This document shows, in pieces, positions 1-10,335 of a DNA stretch of 42,578 nt (position 1 is its first letter; each line of letters begins with the position of its first letter). The stretch comes from Octopus sinensis. Lineage: Eukaryota. The position numbers and the translations under genes were made by a program. Under the pieces are notes generated by a model that made no database searches, had not been told where the DNA came from, and was given only the letters and a program-made list of their open reading frames with translations. Location: contig NW_021835232.1 in assembly GCF_006345805.1 (NCBI RefSeq), positions 1 to 42,578 of the forward strand. The letters are read 5' to 3'.

Positions 1-424
1 GATATACCCTCCAACCTACATCAGGTATCTTTTGAACATGTGTTCTCATTCCTAATGTATTTTGCGATGTTATTATTATTATTATTATTAAATAAAAAAG
101 AAGTAGTACTCCGTCGGTTACGACGACGAGGGTCCCAGCTGATACGACCAATGGAACAGCTTGCTCGTGAAATTAACGTGCAAGTAACTGAGCAATTTAC
201 GGACATGTACCCCTAACGTAGTTTTTAGGGAGATTCAGCGGACACAGAGTGTGACAAGGCTGACCCTTTGAAATACAAATACAACTAATTTTTGCCAGCT
301 GAGTGGACTGGAGCAACGTGAAATAAAGTGACTTGCTCAAGGACTCAACGCGTCGCTGGAAATTGAACTCACCACCTTATAATCGTGAGCCGAATGCCCT
401 AACCACTAAGCCACGCGCCTTCAC

Positions 425-476
<52 letters not shown>

Positions 477-555
477 TATTCAGATCACTACCTGGAATCG
501 AACTCGGAATCTTGGGGTTAGTAGCCCACGCTCTTAACCACTACACCATATGCCC
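1..555 (-). mobile_element. tRNA-headed SINE-like element (family X) with internal (AAT)n, split by a nested SINE; tail runs off the window start
   Basis: Minus-strand head GGGCATATGGTGTAGTGGTTAAGAGC...GAGTTCGATTCC has A/B-box-like motifs. (AAT)n lies at 425-480 and again at ~70-95, on both sides of the nested SINE. The tail at 1-70 contains CTGATGT-AGGTTGG. Confidence 0.7.
100..424 (-). mobile_element. tRNA-derived SINE (head H2 + tail T1) inserted in the (AAT)n of family X
   Basis: Head GAAGGCGCGTGGCTTAGTGGTTAGGGC...GAGTTCAATTTCC. The 3' half, ending TAACCGACGGAGT, is shared with the SINE at 29126-29500. Confidence 0.85.
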
Positions 556-556
556 A

Positions 557-710
557 CGGGTCGACCAAAGCCTTGTGGGTGATTTGATAGACAGAAACTG
601 AAAGAAGCCCGTGATGATATAATTTATATGTGTGTGCGTGTGTGTGTGTGTGCTTATATGTGTGTGTGGCCCCAACAGCGCTTGACAACCGATGCTAGTA
701 GATTTTACGT
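557..710 (+). mobile_element. SINE family A fragment (dominant tRNA/CORE-like SINE with internal TA/TG microsatellite)
   Basis: GACCAAAGCCTTGTG...AACTGAAAGAAGCCCG and CGCTTGACAACCGATGCT match the full-length copies at 19671 and 22454. Confidence 0.85.
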
Positions 711-799
711 GTATTTATGTATATGTATGTAATATAATATATAGCATATATATATATATATATATATATAATAAATAATATATATATATATATATATAG

Positions 800-875
<76 letters not shown>

Positions 876-1495
876 TACAGACGTACCGAACTGCGTAAAC
901 AACATGAAGTACGAAACAAACGAGTTAAATATGCAAACAACGAGAGAAAATTTTGGTGAACAAGACAAGTAACACAGAGAACGACTCTTCATCAGTTGTC
1001 AGCTGTCTATCTACACCCCATTTCGAGCGTTCAACGACATATGAGCTTTCGGAAGCAGTTGCTCTCATAAATTCAATAAAATTTTGGATTTATGGAGAGT
1101 CAAAGTTGGGAACAAAAACAGAACAGTGGAGACATACAAGGAAGCCAAACGAAAACAAACATGGAGGGTCGTTAGACCAGAACGATAGGAAAATCATGAA
1201 CGCTGGGAGAAATATTTTCTTTGAAAAAAGAAAAGAGAGAAGAGAGATAAGGAAACGTCCAATCATGAGCACGTCGAGCAGGAAAAGAAAGATGGTCACG
1301 TGGGGAAAAGAAAGTTGAACGATGGTCACATGTAAGTAACAAGAGAGGGGAAAAAGAGCAAGAAGGGGAGAGAGAAGAAACGGTGAAGGGAAGAAAAGGA
1401 AATAAGATAAGAATGGGGGAGAAAACTGTATAGAGTAGAGTTTGCATCAAAAAGTTAAGATAAACTTACTTGGACATGGATGCGTGGTGTTCAAT

Positions 1496-1548
<53 letters not shown>

Positions 1549-1549
<1 letters not shown>

Positions 1550-1811
1550 TTTCGCTCTTGCGTCTCACGTTTGATCTTTGACTTTCTGGCCGGAATCAGA
1601 TCGCCATGTTGATTCGCTAGCTCTGCACGCTTTTTTTTTTCTCTCCTTGTTTCTCTCCGTGTTTCTTTTCTGTGTATCTTTCTGTTGAAGAGCGTAGGCT
1701 CGAAACGTAAAAGACTTGTTTTATTTCTATTCCTGAGCGCCATACTAATACAATTGTTTGTTTGTATTCCACCTGCCTTCGTCTTTTGTTTATTTTCATA
1801 AAGCTTCCCGT
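1549..1811 (+). mobile_element. Non-coding Penelope-like/retrozyme-type element in (TA)n, carrying an HHR-like motif
   Basis: Flanked by (TA)n on both sides. Homologous to 38063-38215 on the minus strand. Confidence 0.6.
1677..1714 (+). ncRNA. Minimal type-I hammerhead-like motif with variant core (CUGUUGAA)
   Basis: Stem I UCUUU/AAAGA; core CUGUUGAA; stem II GAGC-GUAG-GCUC; GAAA; palindromic ACGU; predicted site GUA after 1709. Confidence 0.6.
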
Positions 1812-2108
1812 TATATATAATTATATATATATACATATGCATATATATATATGCCTTTATATATGCATATATGGCTACAGGACGTCACATGTATGTAGGT
1901 GTGTGTTTGTATATGGGTATGTGTGTGTGCGTGTGTATGTGTGTGTACGTGTGTGTGCGTGAGTGTGTGTGCGTCTTCCTAATTGTCGGCCTGTTTATCT
2001 ATTCATTTGCTTATCAGTGTACCACTCAGTTCTCATTTACCACCTTTCTCAATACTCTCCTCTCTCAAACACCACCCTCTCGCTCTCTCTGTCTCTCCTG
2101 CCCCCTCT

Positions 2109-2153
<45 letters not shown>

Positions 2154-2291
2154 CTAAGAGACGACAATAATAACAGAAAAATGAAACTAAATAGTAAATG
2201 AAAAACGAAAAGGATAAAATTGTGAAAGAAATACTAAATCAAACATTTCTAGAGAGGAGATTGTCGAAATATTCTGGAGAAAAGTATGTTC

Positions 2292-3356
2292 AGATCTTGT
2301 TAAATTTCTTCCAGCCACTTGAAATATTTAAAATATTCACCAGAATATTTTCAAAAGATATAGTTTTGATGTAGTTTTTCTTTTACATATGAGAAAATGA
2401 ATGTGGTTTTGGACATGAACATGTAAAACTACATCAGTGTAGAAAATTTGGAATTTGAAAACTATTCTGGTGGTTATTTTCAGTTTGGTTGCTAATTTTC
2501 GAAAATTCAAAGTATATTGAAAATTCTGAAATTTGGTACATTAATATAGTTTTCCAGGCTGAATTTCAGCGATATTCCACTTTCTCCAGAAAGTTATAGA
2601 TAATTTTCACCCAGTTAGAAAACAGGATTTGGAAAGCTGTCATTTTGAGCGTGACGTGTTTTGATTTTGCAACTTCTGCTTTACGCACGACATATAGCCC
2701 CTCATAATTTTTTTCAGAAAATTTTTGTGAATTTGTATTCCACACTCGGGAATTGATACGATTATGCAAAACAAAAAAACAAAAATAATAGGGGGTGCGT
2801 GATTTAAGGTCTATTTGGCAATTTCTTTTAACACATTTTAGCAGCAGAACACTGCATCGACGCACATATTCTCTCATAGAATATATTTGTCAACACATGT
2901 TATTTCGCAGACAAAAGAGTTCTCATGTTTGGCTTGTTACTATGGAAATAAGCATGAATGAGTCTGTGGCTTCCGACTGTCAAAAATTACCCCAAATTTT
3001 CAAACTTTAAAAGCTAGTAACTTTTTATTTATTGGTTTATTGTAAATTTGAATTTCACAGCAGTGATTACCATATAAAACTATATCATTGCACCGAATAT
3101 GAAATCAATTCGTGCAGGAATTAAAGAGAAATTGGCAGCCAAAGAGAAAATATCCCAAATCGTGTTAAATTTCTTCCAGCCACCAAAATATTTCCAAAAA
3201 ATATAGTTTTGATGTAGTTTTGCATGCTGAGAAAATGAATGTAATCTTGGACATGAGCATGCAAAACTACACCAGTGTAGAAAATATGAAATTTGAAAAC
3301 TATTCTGGTGATTATTTCTGAAAATTCTAGTGGTTAGAAAGAATTTAACAAGATCT
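2292..3356. mobile_element. Unclassified element with 28-bp inverted termini and internal direct repeat (MITE/foldback-like)
   Basis: 2292-2319 vs the reverse complement of 3329-3356 match at 24/28. Segment 2298-2483 is repeated directly at 3163-3320. Confidence 0.5.
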
Positions 3357-3598
3357 CCAGTTCTTCATTATGACTCTCCTTGATATCAACATGTGGCCAC
3401 TATCTTTGTATTCCCGCAAATATAAACAAACAGTTGTAAAAACGGGCTAAACGAAGAGATAAGAATCTTTTGGCCTGCTAAAAGTAGTAGCCGGATCTAT
3501 CTCAAAACGGTCTTAAAACTGGAAAAAAGGAGGTTATACATGATATGCTTTGGAAACAAGGACAAGATGGTTTGCATCCAGCAAATGTAAACAAACAC

Positions 3599-3842
3599 TG
3601 GGCAAGTGTCTTCTACTGTAGCCTCGTGCCGACCAAAGCCTTGTGAGTGGATTTGGTAGATTTGGAAAGAAGCCCGTCGTATATATGTATATATATATAT
3701 GTAAACAGTAAAAATAATTACAGACATGGACAAGAACATGAAACACCAGAGAGACGACACAAGAACCACAGGACGGGACATTCGAAGCCCTCAGTCATCA
3801 GTCAAGAACCAGATCATCTTAGCAATTTCGGCTGATTAATCT

Positions 3843-3890
<48 letters not shown>

Positions 3891-4035
3891 GTGCGTGCGT
3901 GTGTGTGTGTGCGTGTGTGTGTTTGTCTCCCCCAACATCGCTTGACAATCGAGGTTGGTGAGTTTACGTCCATGTAGCTTAGCGGTTCGGCAAAAGAGAC
4001 CGATCTAGGCTTACAAAGAATAAGCTCTGGGGTCA
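3599..4035 (+). mobile_element. SINE family A interrupted in its internal (TA)n by a 142-bp insertion
   Basis: The 5' part ends at GAAAGAAGCCCGTCGTATAT and resumes after 3843 with (TG)n and the 3' body. Confidence 0.85.
3701..3842 (-). mobile_element. Solo terminal fragment of the element at 12171-13248
   Basis: The reverse complement matches 13101-13242 with one mismatch. Embedded in (TA)n. Confidence 0.9.
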
Positions 4036-4203
4036 GCAACAGCAACAATCAGTCATAAAACAAGACAGAAAAACTTAAAGATCATCATCATCATCATCAT
4101 GGTCGTGATCACCATATCATTGTCATCGTTATTATCATAGTCATCTTCGCAGCAGTGTTGGTAACTGCTGTTGTCGTTGCTGCTGCTGCTGCTACTACTA
4201 CTA

Positions 4204-4247
<44 letters not shown>

Positions 4248-4489
4248 GGAGGAGGGTGAGTCATAAGTAATGAGAAAAGGTGGGACGGTTGTGTCACGTG
4301 TACCCGAAGGAGTACGAATCTTGTTTCTTCCATTGAAAGAGACCTAATTGTTGTTGAGTTAGTCCTTGTTGCTGTTCCTCCTGTCTAACTTCACTGCTCT
4401 ACCTGAGCGAACATGTAATCAAAAGCTTTCTAGTTGTGATTATCCAGTTGCTTTTCTTTGTAGGTTTTTTGTTTCTTTTTTTGCAAAAG

Positions 4490-4869
4490 AATATTTGGCT
4501 GCTATTTCTAGCAGTGCAATTCTACTATCTCACAAGAGCAGATGCATTAGTGAAAACATTCCAACTATAGACATCTCGTCCTTCTTTGAATCATAGAATA
4601 TCATGGACTTCGTTGTATAATTCTTTCATTCTCTTTATAGGAAAGTTGAGAGAAATTTGGCTGCTATTTCTAGCAGATTTTGTAACCTTATAGGGGTCTC
4701 TTAATCGTTGTTTCTCTGCCCTCACAAGAGAGCTTAAAATTAGTATCAATACTCTTAGTATAAAGACTACGGCAATTGACGAAAGTTTACTACGACTTTT
4801 TCTAAAATCTCACCTCGCTGTTCTACAGTGTTCTACAGCGCTCCTTTCATTTTCACTCTCCTCATTGCA

Positions 4870-4918
<49 letters not shown>

Positions 4919-6000
4919 TACAAACACATAGAACAGACGTAAAGAATGCTGAATGCAAAAAAAAGTCGTCCTTCTCCCGCTCGTGGTATAATCATGGATC
5001 ACGTCGTCCAATGCTTCATTTCCTTTGCAGAACACTTTTACGCGTAAGTTGATAGAAATTTGGCAGCTATTTCTAGAGGCTCCTTTATCATCGTTCACCT
5101 CACCACGTGACAATTTCATCGGCACAAATACAAGGAGGTTTACGACATTTTTTCGGACATCTCAACCCGCTGTCCTAGTGTTTCACATTTCTCCTTTCAC
5201 TTAAAAATCCTTCTCCCAACCACACACACACAAACAAACAAACAAACAAACAAACACACATATACATTCATGAACACACAAATACACACAAGCATACAAA
5301 CATACACACACACACACACATATACACATTCATGAACACACCCACGCACATTCACGCACTCACAGAAGAATACACGTAAAAGAAGGTTGACTTTAACAAG
5401 AGAAAACAGAAAACCTGCTGCTATTTCTAGCAGTTTTTCTAACTTTGTAGTAGATTCTCGTTCGTCGTCGTTCACCTCAAACACGTGAGAGATTAAACCG
5501 GCACTTTCACAGCAACCTACGTTACTTGACGGAGATTTACGACATTTTTTCGGTAACATCATCTCGTTGTTCTACTGTTTTTCATTCTCCCTTTCATCAT
5601 CACTTCCTTCTCTCGTCACCCCCCCCAACACACACACACATACACTCAGAAGAATAGATGCAAAAAGAATATTGACTGTAACAGATGAAAACAGACATCT
5701 TGCTGCTATTTCTAGCAATTTTTCTAACCTCGTAATAGAGGCTCCTTCGTCGTCGTTTACCACACTACGTGAGTGTTCAAATCGGCACTTTCACGACAAT
5801 CTACGGCACTTGACGGAGATTTACGACGTTTTTTTTTTTCCGGAGATCTCACCCCGTTGTTCTACAATGTTTCACATTGCTTCCTTTCACCTTCACTTCC
5901 TTCTCCCAACGGCATACACACACACACACACACACATTCACACACATACTAGAATAAACGGAAAAGAATGTTGACTATAACAAGTGAAAACAAACAACTT
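4490..6000. repeat. Degenerate tandem array of ~285-400-bp units, each with a GCTGCTATTTCTAGCAG motif and a (CA)n tract
   Basis: Motif at 4498, 4660, 5062, 5417 and 5702. A shared TTTACGACATTTTTTCGG...TGTTCTA block recurs near 4790, 5140, 5537 and 5820. Confidence 0.75.
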
Positions 6001-6569
6001 AAGACAAATGCGTTAACGGCGTTCAGAATTCATTCTGGTGTCTCTTAGACAAATGACTTCAGTTTACTTTTATGGCTCAACAAGATTACAGTATAAAAAT
6101 ATTTGCAATCCAGTCATTCCACAAAAATACAGGGGTATCGAATTGACACGGTGGGTGGGTAAGGAATTCTTGACTTCCGTTTAACATCCATTTTCTTCTG
6201 GACTTATTGTTCCTGACTGCCTACTTCGTGTTTCTTTCTTCTTCCTTTTTCGCTCTTTTTACTTCGCTCTTTTTTTTCTGTACCTGTCTCTCTCAATCAC
6301 GCACACACACACACCACACACGCACCTTCCACCAACTTCTTCAATCTAACTCTCATCTCCCACGTCCTGGCTGTTTCCCTTTCGTCTTGTTCTATTGGAA
6401 TGTCTCTCATCAGAACCAAAATTCCAGGCCGGCACTCGTCTTACCATAGATAGCATATTTTGTATGCTTCTGCCGTCTAGAGATAATAGCCGAGTAACCC
6501 TTCACCACAAACATCATGTATAGATGTCTACATAAATCATACACACACACACATATGCATGTATGTATG

Positions 6570-6603
<34 letters not shown>

Positions 6604-7088
6604 TGTATGTATGTATGTATGTATGTATGTATGTATGTATCTATGTATCTATGTATCTATGTATGTATGTATGTATGTATCTATGTATGTATGTATGTAT
6701 TTATGTATGAATGTACGTATATATATATATGTATGAATGCGTGTATGTATATACGTGTGTGTGTGTGTGTGTATGCCTGCGCGTGTGTGTGTATTTGTGT
6801 ACCAATACGTGTATATGTGCGCATGAGTATGTACTTAAAATGGTGGTAGAGATGAATGTGTGAGTAGATTACGAGGCGATAAGATGTCATGTATAACCGT
6901 TTCAGCACTTCATCTAACCAACGTCGACCGCACTGATATTTCAATGGTATGTGATAACATATTTACATCATCACCATCTCAGGGCGGGACAGTTGCTAAC
7001 GTAGGTCTAATTCGCTGTGGATTGGAGAAATAAGACACCATTGCTATTCTGTGTGTATGTGTGTTAGTCGGTTTGTCTGTGTTGCATA

Positions 7089-7127
7089 TGTATGAATATA
7101 CATGTATACATATATACATACTTGGAA

Positions 7128-7159
<32 letters not shown>

Positions 7160-7326
7160 TATATATAGAGAGAGAGAGAGAGAGAGATAAAGGGAGAGAG
7201 AGAGAAAGTAAATGTTTTATATGTTTGTGAATGTAAGTATAGTAGTTACTATACATCCACACACACACATACATACACACACGCGCGCACACACTGATAT
7301 GTGTGGTGAGTAGCTTGCTTGCCAAC
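7089..7326 (+). repeat. Local segmental duplication; second copy at 9273-9486
   Basis: Same order of TGTATGAATATACATG, CTTGGAAAT, (GA)n, AAAGTAAATGTTTT and CACTGATATGTGTGGTGAGTAGCTTGCTT in both copies. Confidence 0.85.
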
Positions 7327-7670
7327 CACATGGCTCCGGGTTCAGTCCCACTTCGTGGCTCCTTGGGCAAGTGTCTTCTACTATAGCCTCGGGCCGATCA
7401 AAGCCTTGTGAGTTGATTTGGTCGACGGAAACTGAAAGAAGCCCGTCATATATACATATATATGTATATGATTGTGTGTCTGTGTCCTCCCACCATCGCT
7501 TAACTACCGATGTTGGTGTGGTTACGCCCCCCGTAGCTGAGCGGTTCGGCAAAAGAGACCGATAGAATAAGTGCTAGACTTACGAAGAATAAGTCCTGGG
7601 TCGATTTGTACGACTAAAGGCGGTGCTCCAGCATGGTCGCAGTCAAATAATTTATACAAAGTAAAGAATA
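7301..7670 (+). mobile_element. SINE family A, near full length
   Basis: tRNA-like head (GGGTTCAGTCCCAC), CCTTGGGCAAG CORE-like motif, internal microsatellite, 3' GGCGGTGCTCCAGCATGG tail. Confidence 0.9.
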
Positions 7671-7683
7671 TATATATATATAT

Positions 7684-7801
7684 GGGTTCAGTCCCACTGC
7701 GTGGCATCTTGGGCAAGTGTCTTCTGCTATAGCCTCGGGCCGACCAATGCTTTGTGAGTGGATTTGGCAGACGGAAACTGAAAGAAGCCTGTCGTATATA
7801 T

Positions 7802-7837
<36 letters not shown>

Positions 7838-8057
7838 ATGTTTGTGTGTCTGTGTTTGTCCCCCTAGCATTGCTTGACAACCGATGCTGGTGTGTTTACG
7901 TCCCCGTCACTTAGCGGTTCGGCAAAGAGACCGATCGATTAAGTACTGGGCTTACAAAGAATAAGTCCCAGGGTCGAGTTGCTCGATTAAAGGCGGTGCT
8001 CTAGCATGGCCGCAGTCAAATGACTGAAACAAGTAAAAGAGTAAAAAAGTAAGAGAA

Positions 8058-8058
<1 letters not shown>
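7684..8058 (+). mobile_element. SINE family A, 5'-truncated, directly behind the previous copy
   Basis: Starts at the B-box GGGTTCAGTCCCACTGCG. Intact 3' tail CAGTCAAATGACTGAAACAAGTAAAAGAG. Confidence 0.9.
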
Positions 8059-8093
<35 letters not shown>

Positions 8094-8173
8094 AGGATAA
8101 TATCGATATTAAATATCGATATTATCAAGTGGCCAGCATGGTAAAAAATACCATACAGAGGTAATGATTTTTT

Positions 8174-8298
8174 ACAACTAAAAATAAGGGTGTCTGAGAG
8201 ACACACCATGCCGAAATAGCAGTTAAATCCCTTGAGTCAGGGATTTGACTGCTATTTCGGCATGGTGGTGTCTCTCAGACACCCTTATTTTTAGTTGT
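8174..8298. repeat. Near-perfect fold-back palindrome, ~59-bp arms, 6-nt loop
   Basis: 8174-8232 pairs with 8239-8298, with one indel and one G-T. Loop is TGAGTC. Confidence 0.95.
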
Positions 8299-8306
8299 GT
8301 ATATAT

Positions 8307-8472
8307 ATATATTACAAATAAGAAAATGGAGAAACACATTAGTTGGTTTATCAGCTTTAGGATATTAGAAGATTATCTTTTGTCGTTTTGATAAATAAAT
8401 AAGTCAACATTCTAATATCCTGAAGCTGATAAACCAACTAATGTGTTTCTCCATTTTTTTATTTGTAATATA
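8307..8472. repeat. Inverted repeat, ~63-bp arms, 39-nt spacer
   Basis: 8307-8370 vs the reverse complement of 8410-8472 differ at 2 positions. Confidence 0.95.
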
Positions 8473-8674
8473 AATTAATGGTAAAATATTTCTCTACCTT
8501 CACCTATTTCCTACAATAAGTTTGTTGCATTACAATTAAAAACACTTGTGTATTAACAATTTGGGTATTATACCAACAGTATATTGGATAAGTATTATCC
8601 CTTAGTGGGTTGGATCCACAACCCCTATCTTACTTGATGGTATATATACATATACAAATATATATATATATATA

Positions 8675-9029
8675 GCAAAACAATTTAGATTCAAATGAAT
8701 ATGGTACTTAACTTAGATGCACCAGAATTTTTTTATGGTATTACCCATAAAATTATGTGGGGTGATTATAACCCAAAAATAATAAGCAACAAGAATGGAT
8801 CGGTAGTTTAGTACAATTGTTTCATACTATAACAATTTATTAAAGCTGCAAATATTACAGCAAATATAATGTTAAGTAATCTTCAGCTAAATTTCATATA
8901 GGTTTTGCAAACATCTTAGAGAGTGTAAATATACTTATAAGGTTATAGATGTGAGCTCCAGGAACTTGAAGCAAGATTCCAAGCAAACCATATATGCTTT
9001 CCAACAATACAAAGTTCTTAAATTCATTA

Positions 9030-9030
<1 letters not shown>
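8675..9030 (-). mobile_element. Penelope-like terminal-repeat fragment in (TA)n; homologous to 15763-16115
   Basis: Shared AATTTAGATTCA.ATGAATAT.GTACTTAA...GCACCAGAATT and AATAAGCAACAAG blocks. Contains an HHR. Confidence 0.7.
8807..8891 (-). ncRNA. Type-I hammerhead ribozyme motif
   Basis: Stem I UUUAG/CUAAA; CUGAAGA at 8886-8880; GAAA at 8823-8820; palindromic ACAAUUGU; GUA site between 8812 and 8811. First stem II pair is U-U, then UAC/GUA. Confidence 0.75.
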
Positions 9031-9067
<37 letters not shown>

Positions 9068-9069
9068 TT

Positions 9070-9126
<57 letters not shown>

Positions 9127-9177
9127 GAAGTAAATACTTTGTATGTATGTGAATGTGTACTAGTTATCACACGCACT

Positions 9178-9228
<51 letters not shown>

Positions 9229-9311
9229 ATATGTGTGTGTGTTGTGTGTGTGTGTGGGTGTGTGCGTGTGTGTGTATGAATATACATGTATACATATATA
9301 CATACTTGGAA

Positions 9312-9342
<31 letters not shown>

Positions 9343-9489
9343 AAGAGAGAGAGAGATAAAGGGAGAGAGAGAGAAAGTAAATGTTTTGTATGTTGTGAAT
9401 GTTAGTTACTACACATCCACACACACACATGCATATACACACGCGCGCGCACACTGATATGTGTGGTGAGTAGCTTGCTTACCAACGAC

Positions 9490-9525
<36 letters not shown>

Positions 9526-9557
9526 GAAAGAATGGAGTCGAACCACGATTAACAAAA

Positions 9558-9656
9558 TTTCTTTATTCTTGACATATGTTTCGAAGACTGCATATTCTTA
9601 ATTCCGAAACTTTTAGATGACTGCCCAGCCGCCTTCTCATCAGGAAAGACAAGGAA
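9558..9656 (-). ncRNA. Type-I hammerhead ribozyme motif (left arm)
   Basis: CUGAUGA at 9643-9637; stem II GAAGGCGGC/GCAGUCUUC; GAAA-CAUAU-GUC with site after 9571. The proximal stem I pair is a C-A mismatch. Confidence 0.75.
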
Positions 9657-9786
9657 CTTACGTCAGCATCATGACGAACAAAACTTTTAGATGACTGCCC
9701 ACACGGAGTCCATAGTGATCACATTACTATGGACTCCGTGTGGGCAGTCATCTAAAAGTTTTTGTTCGTCATGATGCTGACGTAAG

Positions 9787-9885
9787 TTCCTTGTCTTTCC
9801 TGATGAGAAGGCGGCGTAATGCACCCTTTATTCCTTCGGAATTAAGAATATGCAGTCTTCGAAACATATGTCGAGAATAAAGGAA
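9787..9885 (+). ncRNA. Type-I hammerhead ribozyme motif (right arm)
   Basis: CUGAUGA at 9800-9806; stem II 9807-9815/9852-9860; GAAA at 9861-9864; palindromic ACAUAUGU; GUC site after 9872. Stem I is 4 bp, a 3x3 internal loop, then at least 6 bp. Confidence 0.88.
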
Positions 9886-10184
9886 TTTTGTTAAATCGTC
9901 GTTCGACTCCATTCTTTCATTTATTTATATTAAAAAATACACACAAATTTCCACACGAAAGCACGTGAATTCTGCCCTTGGCATGTAGCTTCAAACATGT
10001 TTTCTGACGTGAATTTGCTACCCATGTATCGGTTAACCGAATTATCCATACTAGGATAATTCATTCAACTACTTATATATATATATATATATATATATAG
10101 GCACATGCATGCACACACATATAGGGCGATGTTCCTTCAGCTCCTATCTGTCAGCTCCTATCTGTCAGATCCATGCAACCAAAT

Positions 10185-10300
10185 TTTGCTCGGCTAGGTG
10201 CTATACAGTAGAAAACCATCCCCAAAGTGGTAAGTTGTGGGACTGATCCTAGAGTCACATATTTGGAAAGCAAACTTCTTACTACACAGCCATACCTGCG
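10185..10300 (-). mobile_element. Degenerate SINE family A 5' fragment
   Basis: The plus strand reads GCAAACTTCTTACTACACAGCCATACCTGCG, the reverse complement of the family A head. Confidence 0.7.
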
Positions 10301-10335
10301 CAGATACATGGGTTGAAAATTTCGGTAAGGGGCCT

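Larger units (their letters stand above)
9520..9924. mobile_element. ~405-bp palindrome (3-nt loop) with a hammerhead in each arm
   Basis: Arms are ~200 bp, with about 6 small differences plus one 19-nt non-matching block. Centre is CATAGTGAT-CAC-ATTACTATG. Preceded by (TA)n. Confidence 0.95.

Noticed and set aside
487-555. tRNA genes at SINE heads (also 18773, 19671, 39794)
   Set aside because: They have A/B-box-like motifs but continue into repeat bodies and lack a proper acceptor stem, so they are SINE heads.
1015-1070. Minus-strand GAGC...GCUC-GAAA hammerhead-like motif
   Set aside because: The core reads UUUAUGA and the site would be GUG, which is not NUH. Too decayed to call.
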